NCBI GenBank assembly: GCA_903857665.1
Contig: CAIOFV010000106.1
Location: 12,027-76,026 of the forward strand
Direction of reading: 5' to 3'
From: an uncultured Myxococcales bacterium
Lineage (GTDB): Bacteria; Myxococcota_A; UBA9042; DTJE01
DNA: 64,000 bases
Positions within the stretch are counted from its first letter, which is position 1. Every line of letters begins with the position of its first letter. Positions 35,490 to 45,246 of the stretch are shown in pieces. The position numbers and the translations under genes were made by a program. The notes under the pieces are model-generated. The model worked only from the letters and a program-made list of their open reading frames with translations, made no database searches and was not told where the DNA came from.

Positions 35490-37736
35490 ATGACGGCCGA
35501 CAAGCGCAAGACCCCGAAACGGGGGGGATCGAAGCACGGGGCGCCTTCCGAAGGCGAGCTGGCGGCCCCGGAGCCTGCGCGGTCACGCAAGAAGACCGGC
35601 GCCCCCACAGCGCATCCGACCCCGACCGCCCTGCCCCTGGTGAACCGCGAACTGAGCCACCTGGAGTTCCAGCGCCGCGTGCTGGAGGAGGCCCGGGACC
35701 CGACGAACCCGATCATCGAGCGGGCCAACTTCCTGTCGATCTTCTTTTCGAACCTCGACGAGTTCTTCATGGTGCGCGTGGCGGGCTTGATTTCGCAGGT
35801 CCAGTCCCGCGTCACCGAGCGGTCCGCCGACGGGCTGACGCCCGCCGAGGCCCTCGCGGCCGTGCGGCGGCGGGCCCGCGAACTGATGAACGAGGGGCAG
35901 GCGTTCTATCGCGACATGCTGCTGCCGGCGCTGGGCGAAAAGGGGATCCTGATCCAGCCCTACGCCGACTTGAACGACGCGCAGAAGCAGCGCCTGGGCG
36001 AGTGGTTCCGGGAGGTCGTGTACCCCGTCCTGACGCCGCTGGCCTTCGACCCGGGCCATCCCTTCCCGCACATCTCGAACCTCAGTCGCAACATCGCGGT
36101 ATCCATCCGCGACGGCCGGCACATCCGGTTCGCCCGCGTCAAGGTCCCTGAAAGCCTGCCCCGGCTGGTGCCCCTGAAGCGCTCGTCGGGCACGACCCGC
36201 AGGGACGGCACGTCGCCCCGGATCCACGCCTTCGTGTGGATCGAGGAAGTCATCATCGCGAACCTGGACCTGCTGTTCCCCGGGTTGACGGTGGTCGAGG
36301 CCCACCCGTTCCACGTGACCCGCGACGGCGAGATGGAGATCCAGGAACTGGAGGCCGGCGACCTGCTGGAGTCCGTCGAGGAAAGCATCCGACGCCGTCG
36401 CTTCGGATCCGTGGTGCGGCTGGCGATCCCGCGCACGATGCCTGCCCCGATGCTGGAGCTGCTGGTCGAAAACCTGGAAATGGACCGGCGGGACCTGTAC
36501 ACGGTGGACGGCCCGCTGGCCCTGTCGGACCTGAAGTCCCTGGGCGCGATCGTGGGCGAGCACCTGCATTTCCCCCCCCACGTGCCGCTGGTGCCGCCCA
36601 TCTTCCGGATGGCCGGCGAGGGCCGGATCTTCGAGGCCATCCGCGACGAGGACCGGCTGCTGCACCACCCGTACGATTCGTTCCTGCCGGTGGTCGATTT
36701 CCTGCAGCAGGCCGCACGGGACCCGCAGGTGCTGGCGATCAAGCAGACGCTGTACCGCGTGGGCCGCAACTCGCCCGTCGTCGAGGCGCTGCTGGAGGCG
36801 TCCGAGGAAGGCAAGCAGGTGTCGGTGCTTGTGGAGCTGAAGGCGCGCTTCGACGAGGAATCGAACATCGAGTGGGCGCGGAAGCTGGAGGACGCGGGAG
36901 TCCACGTCATCTACGGGCTGCTGGGGCTGAAGACGCACTCGAAGATCGCGCTGGTGGTCCGCCGGGAGGGCGAGCGCATCCGACGATACGTGCACCTGGC
37001 GACCGGCAACTACAACCCGGCCACGGCCCAGGCCTACGAGGACGTGGGCCTGTTCACCTGCGACGAGGCGATCGGCGCCGACGCGACGGACCTGTTCAAC
37101 TACCTCACCGGGTATTCGCGCAAGACCGAGTACCGCAAGCTGATGGTCGCGCCGGTCAACCTGAGGGAGCGGCTGGAAGGCATGATCCGCCGCGAGATCG
37201 CCCACGCGGAGGCCGGCCGTCAGGCGCACATGATCCTGAAGGCCAACTCGCTGGTGGACCCGGGGATCATCGCGCTGGTCGTGGAGGCGGTGCAGGCCGG
37301 GGTGGACGTGGACCTGCTGATCCGCGGCATCTGCTGCATGCGCCCCAACGTGCCGGGGGCGAAGGGGCGCCTGCGAATCCTGAGCGTGCTGGGGCGCTTC
37401 CTGGAGCACAGCCGCATCTACTGGTTCCGCAACCACGGCGACGAGGAGATCTGGCTGGGCAGCGCCGACCTGATGCAGCGCAACCTGGACCACCGGGTGG
37501 AGGTGCTGTTCCCGGTCGAGTCGCCGCGCTGGATCCGGTACCTGCGGGACGAGGTGCTGGAACCCTACCTGGTCGACAACCGCCGGGTCCGCGAACTGAT
37601 GCCCGACGGGACCTACACGCGCCTGAAGCCCGCCGAAGGCGCCCCCGATGCGGACGTGCACGCGGTCCTGATGGCCCGTCGCGGGACCGCCGCGCGTGTT
37701 TCGCCGGAACCGCAACCCCGTTCGACGGACGGTTGA
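35490..37736 (+). CDS. ppk1: Polyphosphate kinase 1
   Basis: NRELS.LEFQRRVL, SNLDEFFMVRVAGL, HHPYDSF, ELKARFDEE, KTHSK, GNYN, GRFLEHSR, SADLM.RNL. Confidence 0.97.
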   Translation: MTADKRKTPKRGGSKHGAPSEGELAAPEPARSRKKTGAPTAHPTPTALPLVNRELSHLEFQRRVLEEARDPTNPIIERANFLSIFFSNLDEFFMVRVAGLISQVQSRVTERSADGLTPAEALAAVRRRARELMNEGQAFYRDMLLPALGEKGILIQPYADLNDAQKQRLGEWFREVVYPVLTPLAFDPGHPFPHISNLSRNIAVSIRDGRHIRFARVKVPESLPRLVPLKRSSGTTRRDGTSPRIHAFVWIEEVIIANLDLLFPGLTVVEAHPFHVTRDGEMEIQELEAGDLLESVEESIRRRRFGSVVRLAIPRTMPAPMLELLVENLEMDRRDLYTVDGPLALSDLKSLGAIVGEHLHFPPHVPLVPPIFRMAGEGRIFEAIRDEDRLLHHPYDSFLPVVDFLQQAARDPQVLAIKQTLYRVGRNSPVVEALLEASEEGKQVSVLVELKARFDEESNIEWARKLEDAGVHVIYGLLGLKTHSKIALVVRREGERIRRYVHLATGNYNPATAQAYEDVGLFTCDEAIGADATDLFNYLTGYSRKTEYRKLMVAPVNLRERLEGMIRREIAHAEAGRQAHMILKANSLVDPGIIALVVEAVQAGVDVDLLIRGICCMRPNVPGAKGRLRILSVLGRFLEHSRIYWFRNHGDEEIWLGSADLMQRNLDHRVEVLFPVESPRWIRYLRDEVLEPYLVDNRRVRELMPDGTYTRLKPAEGAPDADVHAVLMARRGTAARVSPEPQPRSTDG

Positions 37737-37743
37737 GGTCGCC

Positions 37744-38685
37744 ATGATCGCTGGTACCGCGCCCCCCGCCAGGACGCCCGCGGCGGCCCCCCCGGGACCC
37801 GGGGTGACCTCCGACGATTCCCCCCTGCAGGCCGCCTGCAGGATCGCCCGCCACCACCTCCACCGGATGTCGCGACACGCCGACGCGCTGCGCGCTGGCG
37901 CGACCGACGCGGAGGAGGTTCACGACATGCGGGTGGCGACGCGACGGGTGCGGGCCGTCCTGTCCGTGTTCCAGCGAACCCTTCCGAAACGCGCCGCCCG
38001 GTCCTTCGAGCGCCGTCTGGGATCGGCGACGCGTCGCCTGGGGCGCGTCCGCGATCTGGACGTGCTGATCGCGGGACTGGTCGGCCCCGAAGGCGGCTGC
38101 CCGGTGGACGCCGCGGTAGTGGAGCACTTCACCCGGCGGCAGGCACGGGCGCGGCTGCGCCTCTTGCGCTGGCTGGGCGGCCCGAAGTTCGAGGACCTCG
38201 AACGTCACGCAGAAGGCCTGTGCGCCGCGGCCGAGGAATCGGTCGAAGGCGCCGAGGGCCGCGTCGCGCTGGAGGCGCCAGTGCTGTTGTTCGAGGCGCT
38301 GGCCGAGGCGCGGTCGATCCCCCCCGGCGCGCGCCCCACGCTGGACGACCTGCACGGGCTGCGCATCCGGCTGAAGCGGCTGCGCTATACCGTCGAGTGC
38401 TTCAAGGAGATCCTGGGCGATCCCGGGGCCGGGTTCCTGGCCGCGCTGCGCGAGCAGCAGGACGCCCTGGGCGCGATCCAGGACGCCCGGATGGCGGCGG
38501 ACCGGGTGGAAGAGTACCTTCGAAGGCACGGGGAGGAAGGGGATGCCGGGGCCTCGCTGATCGCGTTCGTGCGGCGCCGACGTCACGAGGCGGCATCCGG
38601 GGCGCGGGCCTTCCCGGCAAGGTGGCGGGCGTTCGAGACATCGGGTCTGCGAGAGCGGCTGGCAATGGCCGCGGCAGGCCTGTGA
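37744..38685 (+). CDS. CHAD-domain (polyphosphate-binding) protein
   Basis: VHDMRVATRRVRA, LG.VRDLDV, LHGLRIRLKRLRY, QDALG.IQD; sits in the ppk operon. Confidence 0.88.
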   Translation: MIAGTAPPARTPAAAPPGPGVTSDDSPLQAACRIARHHLHRMSRHADALRAGATDAEEVHDMRVATRRVRAVLSVFQRTLPKRAARSFERRLGSATRRLGRVRDLDVLIAGLVGPEGGCPVDAAVVEHFTRRQARARLRLLRWLGGPKFEDLERHAEGLCAAAEESVEGAEGRVALEAPVLLFEALAEARSIPPGARPTLDDLHGLRIRLKRLRYTVECFKEILGDPGAGFLAALREQQDALGAIQDARMAADRVEEYLRRHGEEGDAGASLIAFVRRRRHEAASGARAFPARWRAFETSGLRERLAMAAAGL

Positions 38686-38698
38686 ACGGGAGGGTGGC

Positions 38699-39679
38699 GT
38701 GGCGAAGCCGGGAGTCCAGGGACCGTTCGTGGGTGTGGACCTGGGGGGTACCAACATCGTCGCCGGGCTGATGGACGCCGAGGGGCGCATCCTGGCCCGA
38801 TCGAAGAAGAAGACGGGCGCCGACACGTCCCCCGACGCCGTGGTCCGGCGCATCCTGGCGACGGTGACGGAGATCCTGGCCGAGGCCCGCATCGCACCCG
38901 ACCAGCTGGCGGCCATCGGGGTGGGCGCACCCGGGCCCGTGGACCCGGGCCGCGGGATGGTGCTGAAGGCGCCGAACCTGGGATGGAGCGACGTGCCCCT
39001 CGCCGACATCCTGGCCGCCCAGTTGAAGGTGCCCGCCTTCGTGGACAACGACGTGAACGTCGGGACCTGGGCGGAATACGTGGTGGGCGCGGGCCAGGGC
39101 TGCCGGGACATGATGGGGGTGTTCGTCGGGACGGGCATCGGCGCCGGCCTGGTGCTGGACGGACGCCTGTACCACGGCCACTTCCGCACGGCCGGCGAGA
39201 TCGGGCACACCTGGATCCAGGCCGACGCGCCGCTGGGCCGTCGCACCACCGAGAACCTGGCCAGCCGCACGGCGATCGGGTTCCAGCTGCACCAGCTGGC
39301 CCTGGCCAGCCACTCGACCCTGCTGACCCAGTTCGCCGACGAGGGCGACCTGCGCAACCTGAGGTCCAAGGCGCTGGCGAAGTCCCTGGAGGCCGGCGAC
39401 GAGCTGACGCGCATCGTGGTCCAGCAGGCCGCGACCTACGTGGGCATCGCCATCGCGAACTCGGTCACGCTGCTGAGCCTGCCCTGCGTGGTGCTGGGCG
39501 GCGGCCTGACCGAGGCCCTGGGCCGCACGTTCGTCACCTGGGTACGCGCCGCGTTCGTGGGTGCGGTGTTCCCGCCGGAACTGGCCGAGTGCCGGATCGT
39601 CGCGGGGAAGCTGGGCGATGACGCGGGGATGGTCGGCGCGGCGATGGTGGCGCGGGATCGACTGGTTGCGGGGACCTGA
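38699..39679 (+). CDS. ROK-family sugar kinase lacking the CxCG Zn motif
   Basis: GVDLGGT, DNDVN, GTGIGAG, GEIGH, VLGGG; no CxCGxxGC after EIGH. Confidence 0.88.
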   Translation: MAKPGVQGPFVGVDLGGTNIVAGLMDAEGRILARSKKKTGADTSPDAVVRRILATVTEILAEARIAPDQLAAIGVGAPGPVDPGRGMVLKAPNLGWSDVPLADILAAQLKVPAFVDNDVNVGTWAEYVVGAGQGCRDMMGVFVGTGIGAGLVLDGRLYHGHFRTAGEIGHTWIQADAPLGRRTTENLASRTAIGFQLHQLALASHSTLLTQFADEGDLRNLRSKALAKSLEAGDELTRIVVQQAATYVGIAIANSVTLLSLPCVVLGGGLTEALGRTFVTWVRAAFVGAVFPPELAECRIVAGKLGDDAGMVGAAMVARDRLVAGT

Positions 39680-39703
39680 AGCGGGGCGCGACGCCTTGTG
39701 GAT

Positions 39704-42700
39704 CTACCGGCCGGCCAGCTGCCCGGCCTCCCACGGATTGGATTCCTCGCACAGGCTGACGACGGCTTCCAGGGTGTCCCAGGCCTCGGCGTCGTTCGGG
39801 TTGGCCGTCGATACGCCGATGAAGCCGAACCGGTTCGACGACGGGTTCGAGTCGCGATCCGTCAGCAGGTGCTGCTCGATCATCGTGGCGGCAAGCGTCG
39901 CATCGCCCAGCCGGGCGGCGAGCCGGGCGACCAGCGCGTAGATCCGGGCCTCGCCGTTGGTCATGTTCTCGACGTCCGGTTCCAGGCAACCCACCGGGAA
40001 CGTGGTGCCGCAGGCGGGAACGTCCACCCCCGCGGTCGTCAGGTACTCGGGGATCCTCGTTTCGGCGGCGTGGAACGTGCGGAAGAACGCCAGCGCCCGC
40101 CGCGCGGCGGCATCGGCCCGGGCGATCTGGTCGGACGTGAGGCCCGCCGGCTGCATCTGGGCCACCGCGGCCAGGTGCAGGGCCGTCCACAGTTCCTGGA
40201 TCGTCTTGAGGTTCTTCCCCTTGGAGCTTTCCGGGTCCTCGAAGTCGCCGGTGTTGCCTCCGGCCAGCATCAGCCCGTTCCAGAAGAGCCCGGACGGCGC
40301 GCCCGCGATCTGGATTTCCGACGCCAGCAGGAGTTCCGTCGCGGAACCGAGCACCGAATTCCAGCGGGGGTCCAGGCGGGCGGCCAGCGCGATCGCTTCG
40401 AGATCCTGGTAGTCGATGGGGATCAGGTCGTCGTCCAGCGTGCCCACCCCTGTCGCGACCGACTTCGGGGTCAGCGACCCGTCATCGGCCTCCTCGAAGT
40501 TCCAGGCATAGCCGATCAGGCCGCCGGGGTACGCCGGGAAGTCCGCCGGGATCCCGCGGCCGCGATCGGTGACGCTGGTCCAGTACAGCCCCCGGAAGAT
40601 CTGGCCCGCCAGCGTTCCGGCGTCGGTCCGACCCAGCAGGTTCGCGCCGGTCAGCAGGCCCTTGACGACCCGGAAGTCGTCCAGCGGGGCGTTGCCGTTC
40701 CGCCAGGGGTCGCCCGGGACGTCCTGCTGGATCACGGGCCGCTTCTTCGCCGGGTCCATCGCCCAGTTCACGACCTTGAAAGCCGGCGAAAGCATCGCCT
40801 CCCGGACGTACCGGTAGGCCTCGTCGAACGCCGCGGTGTCCCCCATGCAGGCCGCGGCCTGGAGCAGCAGCCCCATGTGCTCGCTGGTGGTCAGGTGCCC
40901 GTAGGCGTACTGGTCCGTCGGCGTCGATGAATCGATCAGGTTGGTCCACACGCCGAAGCGCCACGGCTCCGCGAGCGACGAGTTGCGCATCCGGTCCAGG
41001 ATGAACCGGAGGCCCTGCTGCGCCGCATCCTGCCGCTGCGAGTCCTTGAACACCGGTCCCGCGTAGGCGGCCGGCGCATCAGCGGCGGGGGCGGCTTCCA
41101 GCGTGACGTCGATCACCGCGAACTGGTCCACCGACGCCTGCAGGCGGTACAGGCCGTCCACGACCGTTTCCACCGTCAGCGGGCCCACGACCGCGCCGGT
41201 GTTCGGCGACGACAGGCTGGCCGACGCGACCTGCCACCCCGCCGGCGGACGGTACTGCAGGTCCAGCGAGGCCACCGACGTGACCAGGGGGAGCTGCAGG
41301 CCCTGGAAGTTCACCACGTACAGCACGTGGTGCGTGCCCGACGGGCGCGCCACCTCGACGTGCACCCACCGGGGCGACTCCAGCACGATGTCGTCTTCCA
41401 TCTGGATGCGGACGATGCGCTCGATGCCGAAAAGCGACTCCGCCGCGATGTCCACGTCCTCGAAGCCCTCGAACACCTTCCGGGACAGGTCCTCGGGGGT
41501 GTAGAACGCCAGCCCGTCCCCGAAGCGCTGCACGTGCCCCACCGCCACCGGGGTGACGTTCGGGCCCAGCATGTCGGCCAGCGGGTTCAGCGCGCGGGCG
41601 TTCCCCAGGTCGTCCACCTGGCCCGGGTACACGCCGTCCGCCACCAGGATGCCACCGCCCTGCACGAAGGCGCGCACCACCTGGATGTCGGCGTCCGATA
41701 GGGCAAGCGCGCTGGGCATCCACAGCATCTGGATCCCGGCCAGGTCGCCGGCGGGATCGCCCGGGGACTGGATCGGCCGGTACGGCACGCGCAACTGGGT
41801 CATCGCGTCCGCGGCGCCGCGCCAGCCACCGAGGTGCGGCTTCTCCATGCACGAGTCGCCGTCCTCGGTCGCCCACCACTCGGGGTCCGTGATCGCCGAC
41901 GTCGTGGATACGTACATGCCGTAGGACCCTTCGGTGGGCACGTAGTCCTGGTAGTCGCGACTGGCGGACCCGTACCAGATCCCGACCCGGGCAAAGCGTG
42001 GGCCGCCAGGGACGACGTCCGCATGGTCCGCCATGAAGCCGAACCACTGGCGCCGGAAGTCGGCGCCCACGGTCTGGGTCATTTCGGGCGTCTTCAATTC
42101 GAACGGGGCGTTCCCGGTAGCCAGGGCGCCGGCCATCACGAGGCCCGCGTCCAGCGGTTCGTTGCCGTAGGAAAACACCCAGGACGGCCGGTCGCGGTCA
42201 GCGGCCCGGGCCCACTTGAACATGGCCAGTTTGCTGGTGAAGTCCTCGGGCGTGGCGTACTTCATCCCCAGCGCGTTGGACACGCTGTCCACTTCCCAGA
42301 TGCGCGAAAAGCGATCGCCGTCCGGGCGGAACAGGCCGTCCAGCCCCTTGTCCGTCGCGTCCAGGTAGTCCATCGGGAACGTTTCGGCGACGATCCGGAT
42401 GTCCGGCGACACCGCCAGCGCCGCGTCGTAGATCGCCTGCAGGAAGCCCTGGATGTTTTCGTGGCGCCACCGCAGCCAGGCGCGGAACACGGGGTCCGCG
42501 AAATCCACGGCCACCGGCGCCTGGTAGCCCGCATCCCCGCCCAGGCCGCGCGCGACCGACCAGCGGTTGAATTCCGCGGCGCTGGCGGGTTCCACGCCCG
42601 GCCAGGGCGCGCCCGTGTCCATGAACAGCGGCACGTCGACCCAGATCGTGTCCAGCCCCGCCCCGGCCAGCGCGCGGATGCGGTCCAGGTACACCGCCCG

Positions 42701-43273
42701 CCAGGGCCCGTTCGGGGACATCCAGGCGCTTTCGTCGGTGGCGTTGACCCAGAATTCCTGGGAACCGTAGAAGACGTTCGCCTTGCCGTCGATCCCCTGC
42801 TGCAGCCAGTCCGGGTGGTCCTTGTACATGCTGCTCTTGGCGTTCTGGCCGTCGGTGGTGATGACCTCGAGGCTCGGATAGTAGGCCGCCGTCCGAAGCC
42901 CCTCGTTGTGGGCCAGGCAGGCCGCGCACTTCAGGAACAGGACCTCGCTGGCGAACTCGGCGTCGGAGCGGTAGTCGGAAAGGCCCGAGTCGATCTCGAC
43001 CACGGACACCTTTTCGGAAACCCGCTGGCGCAGGATCGCCAGCACGTCGTCCGAGGTCATCTCGATGTCGAGATCCGCGTTTCCGATACGGGCGGCGTTC
43101 GCCCAGTCCGGGTCCGCGGGCAGCGCCGTGTTGTTGGGCACACAGCCGCAGACGACCCCGTTCGGACCGGCCGCGGGTCCCACGGAGGTGCAGGAACCGG
43201 CGGACGCGACGATCAGGGGAATCGCGAGGAGCAGCGTCGCCCGTCGCCATGGAAACCCGGAATGCCTGGACAT
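39704..43273 (-). CDS. Large lipoprotein (1189 aa): GH-like TIM barrel + class-I GATase-like domain + GH8-like C-terminal domain
   Basis: Signal/lipobox ASAGSC. HPDWLQQ...SPNGPW...IWVD resembles GHL barrels; LALSDADIQVVRAFVQGGG.LVADG resembles a beta-galactosidase trimerisation-like domain; TSEHMGLLL and NAPLDDFRV resemble GH8 motifs. ATG follows AGGAGG. Confidence 0.65.
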   Translation of the reverse strand: MSRHSGFPWRRATLLLAIPLIVASAGSCTSVGPAAGPNGVVCGCVPNNTALPADPDWANAARIGNADLDIEMTSDDVLAILRQRVSEKVSVVEIDSGLSDYRSDAEFASEVLFLKCAACLAHNEGLRTAAYYPSLEVITTDGQNAKSSMYKDHPDWLQQGIDGKANVFYGSQEFWVNATDESAWMSPNGPWRAVYLDRIRALAGAGLDTIWVDVPLFMDTGAPWPGVEPASAAEFNRWSVARGLGGDAGYQAPVAVDFADPVFRAWLRWRHENIQGFLQAIYDAALAVSPDIRIVAETFPMDYLDATDKGLDGLFRPDGDRFSRIWEVDSVSNALGMKYATPEDFTSKLAMFKWARAADRDRPSWVFSYGNEPLDAGLVMAGALATGNAPFELKTPEMTQTVGADFRRQWFGFMADHADVVPGGPRFARVGIWYGSASRDYQDYVPTEGSYGMYVSTTSAITDPEWWATEDGDSCMEKPHLGGWRGAADAMTQLRVPYRPIQSPGDPAGDLAGIQMLWMPSALALSDADIQVVRAFVQGGGILVADGVYPGQVDDLGNARALNPLADMLGPNVTPVAVGHVQRFGDGLAFYTPEDLSRKVFEGFEDVDIAAESLFGIERIVRIQMEDDIVLESPRWVHVEVARPSGTHHVLYVVNFQGLQLPLVTSVASLDLQYRPPAGWQVASASLSSPNTGAVVGPLTVETVVDGLYRLQASVDQFAVIDVTLEAAPAADAPAAYAGPVFKDSQRQDAAQQGLRFILDRMRNSSLAEPWRFGVWTNLIDSSTPTDQYAYGHLTTSEHMGLLLQAAACMGDTAAFDEAYRYVREAMLSPAFKVVNWAMDPAKKRPVIQQDVPGDPWRNGNAPLDDFRVVKGLLTGANLLGRTDAGTLAGQIFRGLYWTSVTDRGRGIPADFPAYPGGLIGYAWNFEEADDGSLTPKSVATGVGTLDDDLIPIDYQDLEAIALAARLDPRWNSVLGSATELLLASEIQIAGAPSGLFWNGLMLAGGNTGDFEDPESSKGKNLKTIQELWTALHLAAVAQMQPAGLTSDQIARADAAARRALAFFRTFHAAETRIPEYLTTAGVDVPACGTTFPVGCLEPDVENMTNGEARIYALVARLAARLGDATLAATMIEQHLLTDRDSNPSSNRFGFIGVSTANPNDAEAWDTLEAVVSLCEESNPWEAGQLAGR

Positions 43274-43415
43274 GCGACACCTCCTGATCCGACCGCCCGA
43301 TCCCGACGCGGGCAGGAACCCCCCGGCGATCAGGCCGAAGCCTGCCGACGCGCCACGATGCCTTCCGGGACGGACGCGACGCATTATAGCCTTTCCTCGC
43401 AACGCCGCTCCATCC

Positions 43416-44927
43416 TCAACGCGCCGCACACTGCAGTGCCAGCGAGGCGGATTCCGCGCTGACGTGGTAGCGGATCTGCAGCGTCACCAACAGATCGTCG
43501 CCCAGCGCCGCGGCCGAAAGGTCCAGAAGCCCCCCCTGCGGCGACCCGGTGCCGTTGTCCGGCGCGTGTGCGGAAACCACGTCGCTCAGGGGCCGCAATG
43601 ACACCGGGTCCAGGAGGACCATGTCGATGCGGTGGTCCGGCACGCATCCCGCGCAGATGTAGATGTGGTCCCCGGACGACCAGAACAGCGCTGCCGCGTT
43701 GCCGAACGGGACCAGCACGGGTTCCACCTCGTCGCGATCGACCTGGATCGGGCGCACGGGCGCCTGGTCCAGCACCGTCCCGTCGGCGCCCAGGCGGGCC
43801 ACCCGGACGATCGCCGACGCGCCGGACGTGTAGTCCGCCCCGGACCGGGACTCGCAGAAGGCCCCGACCCAGCCCGTCCCGGCGCCCATCAGCGCCAGCC
43901 GGTCCTGGCTGAAGCCCGCGGCGCTGGTGGATGTGCCTACCTCGGCCGAAGACCAGATCGTCCGGGCGGGAACGGACACCGTGCCGTCCGCTTCGACCGC
44001 CGCGAACCCGAGGTGCGCCCGGTCGCCTTCCGTCCACTGCCAGAGGATCCCCCACCGGCCGCCCGACCAGGCCACCTGCGGCGCCGGGTCGCTGCCGACA
44101 TTCGCCAGCGTGACGGTCGTCCCGACGCCGACCCCGTTGGCATCCAGCCGCACGAACCTCACCGTGGCCCCGCCGCGGGTGTCCGACCCGCGCCAGGCCA
44201 TCCCGAACCCGGCGCCCGAGGCCGCCAGGGACGGGCGGGTCAGCGTGTCGCCCGAGAGGTCCGGGAACGCGTGGACGGCCCCCTTCACCGCGCCGTCCTC
44301 GCCCACCCGGACCGTCTGCATCACGCCGTCGAACCAGGCCATCAGGAAGCCGTCAGATGCGGGCGCCACCGCGATCCCGCTGATCGCATCGGCCGTAGCG
44401 GGCACCTCGGTGGCAGCGCCCAGCGCGCCTGCGACGTCGAAGGTCGATTCCAGCAGCCGGTTCGGCACGGGCGTGTACGGGTCGGACGGGGAGGCCTCGG
44501 CCCGGGCCAGGAACGTCCGGCCGCCCGGTGTGGCGACCAGCGGATGGGCGAACCGGAGCCACTGCAGGGGCGAGTGCTTCGTCACGTCCCGGGCGATCGA
44601 ACAGTTGAACCTCGGGTCGGCGGGCCGATCCAGGATGGGGGTGCCGGCCGGGACGTCCGGCGCGTCGGCGAGGGTGTCTTCCTGGGGCAGGTCCGCGACC
44701 CCATCCGGCGAAGGCACATCGGAGTTCGGCCGATCGGTCGCCGCAAGATCGTCCGCGGGCGTATCCCCGCCCGGCACGTCCCACCCGGCGTCGGGCTGAT
44801 CGGTCGCTGGAACGTCCGCCATCTCGCCGCCCGCACCGCCGCCGCAGCCTGCCATCAGCAGCGACGCGAGCAGCGCAAGCCCGCACCCGAGCCGCGCCGA
44901 GGATCCCGGATTCGACCTGCAACCCAT
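43416..44927 (-). CDS. Hypothetical lipoprotein with an Asp/Pro linker and beta-rich repeats
   Basis: Lipobox LMAGC, DVP/D-rich linker, repeated VRF.RL..xG blades; GAGGAGG RBS. Confidence 0.65.
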   Translation of the reverse strand: MGCRSNPGSSARLGCGLALLASLLMAGCGGGAGGEMADVPATDQPDAGWDVPGGDTPADDLAATDRPNSDVPSPDGVADLPQEDTLADAPDVPAGTPILDRPADPRFNCSIARDVTKHSPLQWLRFAHPLVATPGGRTFLARAEASPSDPYTPVPNRLLESTFDVAGALGAATEVPATADAISGIAVAPASDGFLMAWFDGVMQTVRVGEDGAVKGAVHAFPDLSGDTLTRPSLAASGAGFGMAWRGSDTRGGATVRFVRLDANGVGVGTTVTLANVGSDPAPQVAWSGGRWGILWQWTEGDRAHLGFAAVEADGTVSVPARTIWSSAEVGTSTSAAGFSQDRLALMGAGTGWVGAFCESRSGADYTSGASAIVRVARLGADGTVLDQAPVRPIQVDRDEVEPVLVPFGNAAALFWSSGDHIYICAGCVPDHRIDMVLLDPVSLRPLSDVVSAHAPDNGTGSPQGGLLDLSAAALGDDLLVTLQIRYHVSAESASLALQCAAR

Positions 44928-45007
44928 TTCGATCCTCCTCGATTCGCCGGATAGCCAGCGAATACGATCGGACGCACCGGAATGCAAGGACCGCCGCGTT
45001 CGCCCCC

Positions 45008-45077
45008 GCCCGAGCACGGAGGCTGCGGCGAGCGATTGCGCATGCAATCTCTTGCCGCAGCCGGAGTCGACTCGGGC
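45008..45077 (-). repeat. 70-bp palindromic dispersed repeat, copy 3
   Basis: Reverse complement reads GCCCGAGTCGACTCCGGCTGCGGCAAGAGATTGCATGCGCAATCGCTCGCCGCAGCCTCCGTGCTCGGGC. Confidence 0.9.
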
Positions 45078-45138
45078 ACCCGTGAAACGATCGGGCACGC
45101 GCGAACGGGCCCCATCCCGGAGAATCATCATCCTAGAA

Positions 45139-45173
45139 GGGTGAATACTTTCAAATATTTTCCTACTTCACAA
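45139..45173 (+). promoter_or_regulatory. AT-rich hdr promoter region with Rex-like half sites
   Basis: GTGAA-TACT-TTCAA plus a downstream TTCACAA; only a partial match to TTGTGAA-N4-TTCACAA. Confidence 0.3.
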
Positions 45174-45246
45174 CGCCCGATCAATCGGTAAGATCCGCCG
45201 CAGGCCGGCATTGCCGACAAGTATCGTCTCGAACGGAGGTACGTCC

